DNA of 63,999 nt, counting the filler, from Phoronis australis (Eukaryota > Animalia > Phoronida): NCBI GenBank assembly GCA_002633005.1. It is 13 parts of 13 records of this genome, joined end to end, with 100 filler letters (N's around TTAATTAATTAA, not from the genome) between each part and the next. Parts side by side here need not be neighbours in the genome. Positions count along the whole stretch, not along the records: positions 11,973 to 16,289 come from NMRA01002627.1; positions 16,390 to 28,925 come from NMRA01001630.1; 11 more parts are not named here. One strand, written 5' to 3'. The notes beneath the pieces were generated by a model that ran no database searches, was not told where the DNA came from, and was given only the letters and a program-made list of their open reading frames with translations. Within the stretch, counting starts at the first letter, position 1. Each line of letters starts with the position of its first letter. The position numbers and the translations under genes are program-made. Shown piece by piece: positions 11,975 to 23,879 of the stretch.

Positions 11975-14900
11975 GGATTTGAAGCAAAGAATATTTCTGG
12001 TACCACGACCTCAGATACCGATATCGACGGTTGTCTATACACGACTGAATGGCAATCGCCTGGGGCGTGTCTTCCACCAACTGAAATAGCTTATCAAGTT
12101 TTCTCTCCCTCAAATTTGATGCAGAATTATCCAGATGAAATGACCAGCCTCTCCAAGGTAGAACCATTCATGGCTCCCATGACAGAAATTGCAGTTACTT
12201 ATATAGTTCATGCCTTAGACGGATTGAACTATACCGAAGTAAGCTCGCGTAGCGAAAGATATGTAAAATGTCTGAAATCCATCGCGAACAATTATTCAAC
12301 TAATGTTGCTTTCGAGGATGTTGATAGCAAAGTTCAGGTTTTGCAAACAAAGATACCTGAAATGACAATCGAGCTCCGAATGTTGAAGAAACTTGGCGAA
12401 TTGCTACCCAGTGCTTTGAAAGAACCATCGGTTGCAACGGTGCCTCTTTTTGCTGCCGACGGGTTGGCGGAATATTTCGTCAACTCTCTGACTACCAGAA
12501 TTTTTTACAAAGCCGGATCAGAGTTGGTTTCCAAAGCAGTGGATGAGGCTTTCAGACACAAAAGTGTTGTTCGCATACTCGAAGTTGGTGGCCGCATGGG
12601 TGGCTTAGCACGCTACGTTCTTGGTGCTTGTAGCCAGTGGATCAAAAAAGGAGTTCTGGAATACGTTTTCACAGATCTAAATACCAACTTCTTTATGCAC
12701 GCCCGCCAAACATTAAAAGATTATCCATCAGTCAAGTATCAGATTTTTGATATAGAGGAGGTTGTCGGGAAGCAAGGTTTTGTTCCTGGGTCGTTTGACA
12801 TTGTCATATGTATGGATACTCTGCATTCTGTTTCTAAGTTATCAGAAGGAATGAAGAACATGAAGGGACTTCTTTGTGAAAATGGTTGGCTAATCATGTA
12901 CGAAGCTACGAAGGGTTTTCTGATCAGGGAACTTATATTTGGATCCTTGGACATGTGTTGGTGCTTTGAAGACGACAGAACAGAGACCTGCTGGCTCTCC
13001 CAACAAGAATGGAAGGATGTTTTTATCGCAAATGAAATGGTTGACGTCGTAGCTGTGTCAACGCCAAACGAATTTTTCCATTCCATTATTGTTGGACGTA
13101 AGCAAACAATCCTTAACATTTCAAGCAACCGATGTAAGACTGACAGCTGGGTTGTCTTTCACGATGGTGCGCCAGAAATTGAGCTACTGACTTCCGCTTT
13201 GAAAGGACAACGTATCGAAACTTTTTCTATTCATTCCATCCCGAACATATCGGACATGTTTATGAAATGGGACGGTCAAATCAACGTCGTGTATGTCTGG
13301 AGTAAGAACGACCTTTATCTCATAACAACACTCAAGTTGATTATTGAGTCCTACAATCTCTCACAGAAAATCAAAAGCTTTTGGATTGTATCCAGGAATG
13401 GAAACATGGATTGTCCATACGCCGTAGGAGGTCTGCCAATAGGGTTCTCAAGAGTAGTTAGCAATGAGATTTCTGTTTTCCCAGTATTTTCTTTGGACAT
13501 TGATGATGACGCGCTGTTGATGAGAACAGAGACAATCTCTAAGCTGTGGACAATACTTCATAACCACTGTTCACCTGACAGGGAGCTAGTGTTGCGAAAG
13601 AGCAACGTGTATGTCCCTAGGCTGGTCAGAAATAACGTTCTCAAAGATTCAGCGATGGTTGCGAACACTTGGCGCTTGGAAAAGTCGCAGAGGAGCACCA
13701 GTGCGAATGACGTCCAGTTTTTCAAAATGAATTGGCCAAAGTTGAGAGATGGGCAAGTCCTTGTCAGAGTTAAAGCTAGTGGAGTCAATTTCAAAGACGT
13801 CATGGTGGCGTCAGGTCTATTAGAAGATCTTACCATGTGTCAACAGTTCGGCCTCGAATGTTGCGGAACAGTGGAGGAACTCGGCCCAAATGTAAACGGA
13901 CTCCAGGTTGGACAAGAAGTGATTGGATTTGGCGATTATTGTTTTTCTTCTCATGTTGTGTGCGATTCCGCGTTCGTTGTGGAAAAGCCGTCAACACTTT
14001 CGTCATCTGACGCTGCTGGGGTGATAACAGTTTACTGTACAGCGCTACACGCATTGATAGACCGGGCTGGGTTGAAAAGGGGAGAAAGTGTTCTAATTCA
14101 TTCGGCATGTGGAGGAGTTGGTCTAGCTGCCATACAAGTAGCCAGAATGGTGGGGGCTCAGATTTTCTGCAGTGCAGGAAACCCCGAAAAACGTGACTAT
14201 TTGAAGCACACTTGTAACATTGATTATGTTACCGACTCTCATTCTACTTCCTTTACGGATGACGTACTTCGATGGACACATGGACAGGGTGTAGACGTTA
14301 TCCTGAATAGTTTATCTGGCGACTTCATTTCAAAGGGAACTGAAATCTTAAAACCATGTGGGAGATTTTGCGAAATAGGGAAACGCGACATTCTCGCTAA
14401 TAACTCACTGCCACTTCAGCCACTACTGGAAAATGCAAGTTTTCTGTCAGTCCAGCTTGACCTTTTGATGAAACGAAACCCATCGACAGTAACAGGTCTT
14501 CTCAAAAGAGTGAAGAACTTACTTCAAGAAAAGAAGCTTCTTTCTATCCCTACGACAGTCAAGCCTATTTCAGAATACAGTGCTGTGTTCCAGTGGATGA
14601 AGAAGGGGGTTCACATAGGCAAAATTGTACTCAATGTTTCAAATTTCAAACCTGAGAAACTTCAACCACCGTCCATACTGTTTGACGAAGAAGCAACATA
14701 TCTCGTGACAGGTGGTCTTGGAGGGATAGGTCAAGCGCTCGTGCGGTGGATGGCCCAAAAAGGAGCTAGGCATATTGCGATTGTGTCTAGGCACGGTTGT
14801 ACAAACAGGTTGCAAAGATGTACGTTGCAGTATCTAAAGGAACATGATGTCCACGTTTACGAGGAACAATTCAAAGCTGATATTTCCTCAGAAAACGAAG

Positions 14901-15385
14901 TCGACCGACTTCTTACTGCACTTCTGAAGTTAGCGCCTCCGCTAAAGGGCGTCTTTCACCTTGCAGCTGTTATCGAAGATTCGTCAATTGCAAACCTCAC
15001 GGAAGAGAAACTCCTTCGAGGACTCAGAGGGAAGGCATATGGAGCGTACAATCTGCACAAGTATACCAAGCAACTCAATTTGGACCACTTTTTGATGCTG
15101 TCTTCTATTAGCGCAGTCGTTGGAAACCCTGACCAGGCGAGTTACTCAGCGGCAAACGCTTTTCTCGACGCTTTGGCGACCAAACGAAGAAACATGGGCT
15201 TGCCTGCCTTGTCCGTTCAGATAGGGGCAGTTCGTGGTGCTGGTTTTCTAGAGACCAACAAGCTCGCCTCACAAGTTCTACATTCACGAGGTTTTAGAAC
15301 CCTCCACATCGCGGAATACCTTGAGATGATAGGAAAAATGCTTCAACGATCGGATCTCCCCCCTGTCTTGACTTTAAGTTCCGTG
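11975..15385 (+). CDS. Internal exon of a highly reducing type I polyketide synthase: end of DH, C-methyltransferase, structural KR, enoylreductase, ketoreductase
   Basis: Frame is open from the contig start (GFEAKNIS...CLYTTEWQ, post-DH LY..W motif). cMT: ILEVGGRMGG, YVFTDLN, FDIVICMDTLHS, LIMYE. ER: GQVLVRVKASGVNFKD, VLIHSACGGVGLAAIQVA. KR: TYLVTGGLGGIG, AAVIEDSSI, SSISAVVGNPDQASYSAANAFLD (catalytic S/Y/N). Ends at donor GTG|gtaagt (15385/15386). KS-AT and ACP lie outside this exon/contig. Confidence 0.92.
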
Positions 15386-16534
15386 GTAAGTATATTATAA
15401 TTATTGCCGCTGCACAGTGCTAATGACTTAAGTCATCTTTTAAAAGTAATGCAACTCAAAGAAAATACGTGCACGCAGTGTGAACTTGGTGTACGAAGAA
15501 CGTCGTGCAAATATATAGTGCTACACCAGAGCGTGCACTTGAGGATAAAGGGCACATCTTCTCCCTTACAAACTAGTGTTAAACAAGGCGTCCTTAACAG
15601 ACATCAGAACTATCAGTATAATGTACAGTGCATAGTTTCTCACGCTAGTATAAACATAGCATGATTCAATTTTGTTAGAGGTATCACTTCATGCCGGAGC
15701 GCAAAAAAAAACTCCGAAAAAAATTGAAAACGAGACAAAAGCCCACTAAAAAGGGCAGGAACTACCAACGTTCGGCGAATGCACTATTCATAGCTCTGAA
15801 CGTACCCTTTGAATCTTAGTAAAAGTCCACATTCTCAAAAATTTGAGGCCCCCGCTTTTAGGCTGGGTGCGCGCATGCAGTTATCTTGAAGTCCTTCGGC
15901 CCGTTTTGTTATAGGCCGTAGGCCTAATGCCGCTCTCAGCTGAAAGTAACATAACTCGCTCTGAACATGAACAATTCTAAACTTTCGTCAGTTGCAACGT
16001 TTTTGCTTAAGTAGACAGGGCGTCTTCGTGTTTGCAATAACGTGCTAACAACCGCCTTAGCTACGACTAGACTAATGACCTTTGACAAAAGGGGCACTTC
16101 GGTATCCCAATGTCTCCTCCGTGCGGTACTGAAGTTGAAACACGAAAACACCTGATAGAGTTCTAGTCCTGGATGACAGTCATCAGTTACCTGTAGCGCA
16201 TAGAAACAAATGGAATAAAGCTTCCCGACTTTCTGGTAGACTTGAAAACGTCCTTCACATAGCAGGGCTATAATGAGTTTCATTCTCACNNNNNNNNNNN
16301 NNNNNNNNNNNNNNNNNNNNNNNNNNNNNNNNNTTAATTAATTAANNNNNNNNNNNNNNNNNNNNNNNNNNNNNNNNNNNNNNNNNNNNATGAGGCCATC
16401 CGGGCAGATGTGTAATTTTCTTTCCTGTCTTGGTTAATTTGTTCCCAGTGTGCGTTTTGTCGCTTGATTTGCCAGACGTTGCAGGTATTGCGCGCTCACG
16501 TGATCAGTTTGTGTACTGTTCCTTTGTTGCGCAG

Positions 16535-16738
16535 GTGCTCTACATGGTGGACCCAATTGACGAGTACGCCGTGCAGCAGTTGAAGGAGTACGATGGCAAG
16601 AACCTGGTGTGCGTCACCAAGGAGGGTCTTACCCTGCCTGAGGATGAGGAGGAGAAGAAGAAGTTTGAGGAGCAGAAGGCAGAGTATGAGAGTCTGTGTA
16701 AGGTGATGAAGGAGATCCTGGACAAGAAGATTGAGAAG
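16535..16738 (+). CDS. HSP90: Cytosolic HSP90, internal exon (middle domain)
   Basis: gcgcag|[68 protein letters not shown]|gtacgg; 204 nt, phase 0/0. Confidence 0.97.
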
Positions 16739-17031
16739 GTACGGTTAGCTGGCCCAACATTTCCTGTGCGCTATTGCATGATCGTGCTGTGGGTTTCCGG
16801 ATTAGATAGACTTGAATCAGAAATTTAGCGTTACGCTCCACACGACTACTTTTGAAAAGCAATTGAATTTCACTTGAGCAAAAGTGCAAAGTCTAAGACT
16901 AAATGCATAACTGCTAGTCATTTTGTCTGAATTATTTGTAGATTTTGGTGCACTCTAAATTGTTTTGTGAAGTAGGAGTGCCAGTCCAGTTTCTGTCTTT
17001 AAGTCTGATGTCTCTTTTCATGAAACAGACC

Positions 17032-17200
17032 TGGGCCCGGTCTCCAATCTCCGTACTCAGACTCATACTCATACTCGAGATTTCATACTCAAAATCGTGC
17101 TCACTGGAGTCGTACTCGAAAAAGCGTATCTAATGTCGTATTTCGAGTAGACTCCAAACGTACTCAAATCTGACACTCATACTCGAGTTGCTATGGAACT
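17032..17200 (+). repeat. Possible DNA-transposon terminus with TACTC(A/G) subterminal repeats in an HSP90 intron
   Basis: Starts ggcccggtctcc, followed by many actca/tactcg units and their inverse (gagta, cgagt). No matching second terminus found. Confidence 0.35.
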
Positions 17201-18124
17201 CTTTATGATGTGAAATGCGAAATCACGCAAAGCCGCGCTGATTCATCGGTCCCTACTGGAATAGACCACCCCAAGAACTAGGCCTACATTATCGTCTGCT
17301 GTCGCTACAACTACAAGAGTATGTCTATAACGTAGAATTCTGAGTCGTTCTGTAACTGTTATTCATTTTTTAGTTTCAATAAATATTCTTATGCCATTTC
17401 TTTGATACATTTGGCAATTATTAAGCTTTACTTCTTGAGTTCCTCACCCAGTCCCGAAAATGTCTCAAGAAATTTGTAACAGCTTATCACATCACATCTC
17501 TGTTGCTAATTTAGTCTTGACATAAAACCCATTGCTGTGTAGGCCTACGCTGATGTCAAACTTTGCTACTGTACGGAATGTATCAAATGAGTTGACATTT
17601 GGCACGTGAGTTAAAAAACAATACTTGTGCAGGCATTCAGAGTTCACCAGTGGCAGTGAACGGGACGAGACATCTACTTAGAAATCGGCAAACAAAATCT
17701 GAAATTCCATTTGCGGATTGAGGAATTATAAATGACTAAGTTATGATAAGAAATGTACCTGACAGAGCAGCGAAGTTTTTTAAACTTCTCTCCCCTCGTC
17801 GCCTTTTGGAAACCCTACAAAACGTAGGCACACATGCCAAAATAAGGGCAGCACAAACTTCTCACACGACTTTTCCCACAACTGCTTTCGACGCTTGTTA
17901 TGACTCGCCGACAAGGGATCACAATGCGCCTGTTGCCAGGAATTGTAGAGGTAGAATGGCGGCCATAACATACAGTGATACGGCGGGTTAATAAGGTGAA
18001 GAATAAGATGATTTAAGATGAAAACTATTATCTCTGAACTGAAATTGAAGTGCTGACATACGGTAAGAGGACTTATTTTTTTAGATTTGCTGTTTTTCTT
18101 GGTCCCCTTTAGATATTTTGTTCN

Positions 18125-18325
18125 CCAAGAAACACTTGGAGATCAACCCTGACCACGCCATTGTCAAGAGTCTAAAGGAGAAGGCTGCTACAGACCAGAA
18201 CGACAAGTCTGTCAAGGACTTGGTCATGCTGCTCTACGAGACATCGCTGTTGTCATCAGGCTTCAGTCTAGACGACCCGCAGCTGCACGCTGGCAGGATT
18301 CATAGGATGATTAAACTAGGTCTAG
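18125..18325 (+). CDS. HSP90: Cytosolic HSP90, penultimate exon (5' part missing at the N at 18124)
   Basis: (A)[67 protein letters not shown]|gtatgt. Confidence 0.95.
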
Positions 18326-18818
18326 GTATGTATTGTAGAAATAACAGGGATGTATTCCGTATGTACAAGCCATTCACTGACAGTGCAAGTTCTTCGCAAG
18401 GTCTTGCTTGTTATGAAGTGATTTAGCTGTCCACTACCAACGAAGCGGGAAGGGGATTGGTGATTTTGCTCTAGGTTGCCTATTTACCTAGAAAATGTAA
18501 GTGGCCATTAATGTTCGTGGTTTCCATTGATACTTAAGGGCTCATGGGTGCTGTGTGACTGTCTTAGAAGCGTAGGAACTCCTTTTCTGATAGCTTCAAT
18601 TGAAATGCTGTTTTGCTGTGATGAACTTTTCCCCATCTGATCGACATATGCCGATAACGTGCTTTACTAAAGCCAGACCAAATCTGAGCAAAACAAACTC
18701 ATTCACCCATGTTAGCATGTGTTCCAACGCAATTTGGAGTAATCCTGCTTTATTGAGCCACCAAAAGGTGGTACGAGGATTGGAACTGTTTATTAATTAT
18801 ACATTTATTTCCATTTAG

Positions 18819-18919
18819 GTATTGACGAAGACGATGTTGCCGAGGAACCGACGGAAGAAATGCCTCCATTGGAGGGCGATGCGGAAGATGATTCATCCAA
18901 GATGGAGGAAGTGGATTAG
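18819..18919 (+). CDS. HSP90: Cytosolic HSP90, last coding exon ending MEEVD
   Basis: catttag|GT ATT GAC GAA... = (G)IDEDDVAEEPTEEMPPLEGDAEDDSSKMEEVD*; AATAAA at 18956 and 19172. Confidence 0.97.
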
Positions 18920-20220
18920 GAACCTCTCCTCCATCTCTCACTTAACCATTTTGTAAATAAATCATTAGACTCCCACACATTGATGTCAAAATCACTCTAA
19001 TATTTAGTGGAACCTGTTGGATTAACGAAAACCTGTTGCCGTTGTATTCAACGATTTTGTAATGTATGTCTTGTTTATTTCATTTCTTTATTTGAAGTTG
19101 ATCTTTTGTCACTGGAAAAAACATTAAAAGCATGAAGATTTGTTTTTACGTTTGTATTTGTTTCTTCATGTAATAAAAATATGAACTGTCACATGAAATA
19201 TTGTTATTCATAAGTTTTGATAGGAAGTCGTCATAAGATCTGTAAACATTTTAAGGTTGTGGATTATGAACTAAGTTTCTACCTGGTGAAGCATAGGCTA
19301 GCACTCCCTACTGCGCACTTTTCCATTTTGTAGAAGCAATTTTGCGGTGTACCAGTCTCAACAACACATTTTAAAGAGTGAATAGCACAGTGATTGGCGA
19401 TTCATTGCTTTAGCAAAACACATGGTTGGTCTCAATAAACCACTTTCAATAATAGATTTATTGAGGTATCTGGTAAGATAATTAGAGCCAGTACATTTAA
19501 ATTACTAACAGATAGAATGTTGAATTATACAATCTAACCACAGTATGATAAACCACTACAATGCCGATTGCTTATATTCCATTGCTCGACTACAATCAAC
19601 GTTTGAGAAAGGTTTATCCCAGCCTGGTTGCACTAGCTGTTCATTGTGTAAACACTGAGCAATTAAGATATATTTAGCTGCATTCTGGAAATGCCAAAAA
19701 AGCTTGTGCAACCACATCCTCTGCATTGGAATGAACATGTGATTGAATTTTCCAGAATTTCTTTCGCTGACTAAATACAGTCCTGCGTTAATTAAAATGG
19801 ATCGATTCAATGCAGACTGGAAATTGAACAAGATTGTTAATTAATGGCAGATACTGGGGTCAGTAAATTCTTGTCAAGACATGGCTGATCAACCTTTGAA
19901 ACATAGACCCTCATCACTGCCTACAGCAAATGCATTGCAGTTGAATAAAGCACCATCCCACTGATCTTCGAGCATTAATAAACAAGTCTATTTGATTCAA
20001 TTTGAAACTTGATAACCATGATTGGCACTGACTAACCAGCTTTCATTAACTGAAACTTTGCGCACAAGAATTTAATTAAAAGCCTTCAAATTATTTTTAT
20101 AATATCAGGTGCACTGGACTATCCATGTGGTTCCAGCTATACTTAAGCAACATAAAACTACTCTTAAATCACTCACAAGTTGGTATGTTGACTGGAAATG
20201 GATTGATGAAGTAACCTTTA

Positions 20221-20642
20221 GGGCTGTTCCAGCGAAATCTGTGTGGGAGGGGGGGAGGCAACTGAAATAAAAACTTATGGGTGGTTTCGTTTGATTTAAA
20301 TTCAAAATGGCTGGTGGTTGTACTTCAAAAAAATAAAAATTTACAGGTTGTTGTTTCATTGGGCCATAAATGTTTGATGGTGGGTAATTTTAGTAAATTT
20401 TATAAACAATCCGCACAGAATCAAAAACAAACAAAATGCAACTTGCAAAAAGGTCCGACTTTTTCACTCCATCCGATCTCCTCATCGGCATGCCCATAAC
20501 ACCAGTTAACCACAGGTGCTCGAATTTCTCGATGGCTAATAACCATGATATATAAGAAACATATGTTTTCTTAGTAATGAATGACGTAAGTGGTGGTGGG
20601 TGCCTTCCCCCCCCTCCCATACAGATTTTACTGGAACAGCCC
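20221..20642. mobile_element. PIF/Harbinger-type MITE (422 bp) with ~40-bp TIRs and TTA target duplication
   Basis: tta|GGGCTGTTCCAGCGAAATCTGTGTGGGAGGGGGGG ... CCCCCCCTCCCATACAGATTTTACTGGAACAGCCC|tta. Confidence 0.85.
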
Positions 20643-21411
20643 TTAAATAACATATCACAAAGTCACAACAACTTGGAACAAGGAAAGTCCGAAACTGTGT
20701 TGAATTGGGTTTGAAAAGTGCACCTAGTAAGGAATCATGCCGTGACGTAGACTAAGTCCAATATGTTAGGCAACCTATAGCATTGGTGTGCTCAAAGTGA
20801 TGGTCAAAACATATTACAAGAACACGATTCGTCTTCATTCAATGTAGGCATTAACTTCATGACCACTCATCTGAAAGACAACTGGAAACTGTCAAAAACT
20901 TGCAAATACGAACAGTCGCCATAATAATACTATTTTGAAATCCTGCTGAACGACAACTAATAACACCATTATCCATTTGGTCTCCTTGGAGTCCTCCAAT
21001 ATACGAATACATATTCACAATGAAGAACTTAGGACAACTTATTAGTAATGATTGTGTTTGAAACTTTCAGTTATGGAATAAACAAAATGGCCACTTAAGA
21101 AAACAAGTAGAAGTGATTGTCACTAGATGAATACATAATTGGTGTATGATCACAACTAAGCTGTAGACCTCCACAGTTCTGAAATCAGTAGAAGTTATTA
21201 CAAAATTAATATGTCACCTTGTATTTAATTTCAAAAAATATTTTTTTACCTTCCAAATTAATAATTTACAGCTAACATCGCAAATAAGAAACTAGTCATC
21301 TGCAAATTATCCATGATTCCCTCTAGTCTTAAATTGCTCAATGATCACTGCGGACTAGTAGCTCAAAAGCACGAGAACACACTAAAGTCCCAGTGTGCAC
21401 ATGAATTAGCT

Positions 21412-21567
21412 TTAAGCAGACTTCAGGGCCTCGTAGACAGCCCTTAACCAAATGGCCACAGCAGTGGCTCCAGCATCAGGTTCACTGGACCTCTGGACAT
21501 CAACGTAACTGGCTCTTCCCGCTCGGCCCTGCATCCCGGCCGTTGACTGGGCACCTTTCTCTGCAGC
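21412..21567 (-). CDS. TKFC: Triokinase/FMN cyclase (dihydroxyacetone kinase, Dak2 domain), last coding exon
   Basis: ctccag|AAEKGAQSTAGMQGRAGRASYVDVQRSSEPDAGATAVAIWLRAVYEALKSA*; GRASY and PDxGA are Dak2 motifs. Confidence 0.9.
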   Translation of the reverse strand, partial: AAEKGAQSTAGMQGRAGRASYVDVQRSSEPDAGATAVAIWLRAVYEALKSA

Positions 21568-21802
21568 CTGGAGTGGGAGAACAAACATATAATTATTTTA
21601 AAGATCCATTCAGCTGACTGAAAAAAGAAAATCAAATTGGGCATAAAACTCTCAGAAAATCAGTCTGCTAATACTTTCCTTCATATGTTAAAATTATATT
21701 TCCGTTACCAACTCTAGTCATATGCACCACTTTCAAATTCGCAATTTAGAGTTGGCTAACCCTACTAAACTCTGATTTTCTCAAGTGGCGCAGCTTTAAC
21801 AA

Positions 21803-22200
21803 CCCCTGCGAAATGGACTTTATGGTTGACCATGGTTTTAACATTTCACGTTAAATTGAAACCATCATGGTGCAATATGGTTGGCAAGCATGGTTGACCA
21901 TGGTTGACTATGCTTCACAACCATAGTTATCGGCCACGGTTGGTTACCCACCATGGTTGACCATGCTTCACAACAATGCTATGAGACAACTTAACGCAAA
22001 ATCTTAAAACCATGGTTGGCCATGGTTACCAACCATGGTGTGAAACCATGATTGACCATGGTTAACGACAATCATTGAGCATGGTTAAATATCATGGCTG
22101 ACCATGCGTACAAACCATGGGTGAACATGTTTGTTTATGGTAAACAATTGATTGACATGGTTATTAAGCATGGACAACCATGGTCATAAAGTCATGCTTA
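21803..22200. repeat. ACCATGGT-palindrome-rich repeat with CCCCTGCGAAATG terminus (CACTA/EnSpm-like subterminal array)
   Basis: Dense (a)ccatgg(t)/tgaccatg/catggtt units starting right after cccctgcgaaatg at 21803. Confidence 0.55.
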
Positions 22201-23249
22201 TGAACTGACAGTCACAGATATGGCTAAAAGCCCACTATAAGCAAATTACCTGCTGAATTTCAAATGAAATGTCTCAAGATCGTCAAATTATTAGCAAGGT
22301 TTAACTCACTAAAGAGTCTCAATTTGGACTTGAAATATTGAAAACAAGTGTTCGCACTCTACATAATACTTCTATTTCTTCATTTACATCTGGACACAAA
22401 GATAGGAACAACAACAAGAACAATTGACTCTTTGTAATGTAATGCAGCAAATCTAAACTTGAAAAAAGTGCAAGATTTTGAAAAATATCCAGCATCAACA
22501 ACTTTCTGCTTTCACACTAAGCATCATCAACAAGAACCAAAACTAACAACGACTGTCAAAACAACTCAAAATTAGAACTGACATTTCTCAAAATATTTCT
22601 ATTACTGTAGCATGATGTATGTTTTGCCTAACTGGCAAAATAGATTACGATAAAGAATTCTATAAATACAATGTAGCGTTCCCATTTATATGTCTGTCTT
22701 GACTATGCTTGAAGGGTATTCCTATTTTAACTTGCCCAACTTATCAATAAGTGCTATATATTTATAATTTCTACTTTTTTGTACTGCTTGGACCTTAGCA
22801 ATTATGTCTTTTAGGTCCAGTGGAAAATCGTCTTTCATCTAAGACCAAAGAAGTCCATACAATATGTCCACACAACTAGCTTTTGAAGCTGTATATTATG
22901 AGGCTTTGGGGTGTAGAGAGCTTCAGCAGCCAGAAAAGCTTTGTGACTCCAAAGCCTCAAATGCAGGCCATAAAAGGTCTAATCAGCACTTGGGGTCCAC
23001 ACTTTTCAGAATACAGACTTGTCACCCTCCATAAACTTTTGTCCACCACAGGAATTACGGACTGCCACACTGTTGTTGGTGGTGGTGGTGCACTGAGGAT
23101 GACTCTTTTAAGAGCACTTAAAAGAGTACTTAAAAGTACTTTCATTCGCCATCGGAGTTTCTACACTTTATCATGAACGTTTTTGAAGTCTGGCTAAAGA
23201 AAAGGTGAGAAAAGTCCAGTTAGATGAGATCAAGCACAATATTATGATT

Positions 23250-23600
23250 GTGGTGGTGGGTTGATGACCGTTGGAGGGGTGGAATCTGGGGGGCGTGGGG
23301 TCACGGTGGGGGGGTTTGGTAACTGAAAGGGAATGTGACTCAGGCGACTGGGTTGTGGGGGTAGCGACTGGGGGGGGGGGCGNATGGGGATAGCGATTGG
23401 AGAGGGGTGGTGGATGGAGGGGACCACCAGTGGGGGTAATGGTGGTGGGATGGCAACTGTAGGGAGGGTGGTGACTGGGACAAAGACCGGGGGAAATGGT
23501 GGTGGGTTGGCGACTGGAGGGGGTGGCGACTGGGGTGACAACTGCAGCTTAGTGGTGGTCGGTTGGCGACTGGATGAGGGTGGCGACTGGGGGGGCGACC
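23250..23600 (+). repeat. G-rich low-complexity degenerate repeat (ggtggcgactgggg-like units)
   Basis: Many G3+ runs; the Pro-rich and Gly-rich ORFs here are artefacts of composition. Confidence 0.6.
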
Positions 23601-23879
23601 CATGTAAGAGTGTTAGCGGCATTGGATAGGATTTTATCTACATTTCATTGTGAATATGACATATCGTACTCTGATCACAGCCCCGGGGGCACCCATTGTA
23701 AAGTTCGGAACAGGGTCGATGAAACTATACCTGTTTTCACGATTATGGTATCAGAGTGATACTCGTTTTTCACAATTTTAATTGGGATAAATAGGATACG
23801 ATTTTTTCAGCTGCGTCTCTAGAACCTAATTTCAGTCCACTAAGGCAAGTTTTCCTCCTGCTGTCTGTCGTATATAGCT

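Noticed and set aside
11975-15400. PKS as canonical animal FAS, or as a bacterial contaminant ORF ending at 15400
   Set aside because: The MT motifs look intact and the ER/KR are PKS-like; the frame ends just after a GTAAGT donor with no ACP, as expected of a eukaryotic exon. A eukaryotic contaminant is not excluded.
950-18919. NLR + zinc finger + PKS + HSP90 as a gene cluster
   Set aside because: Each lies on a different contig separated by artificial spacers.
16535-18919. HSP90 pseudogene
   Set aside because: The missing block coincides with an assembly N; the remaining exons have intact frames, splice sites and MEEVD.
23242-23629. Pro-rich (extensin-like) and Gly-rich ORFs
   Set aside because: By-products of a G-rich low-complexity tract inside a TKFC intron.
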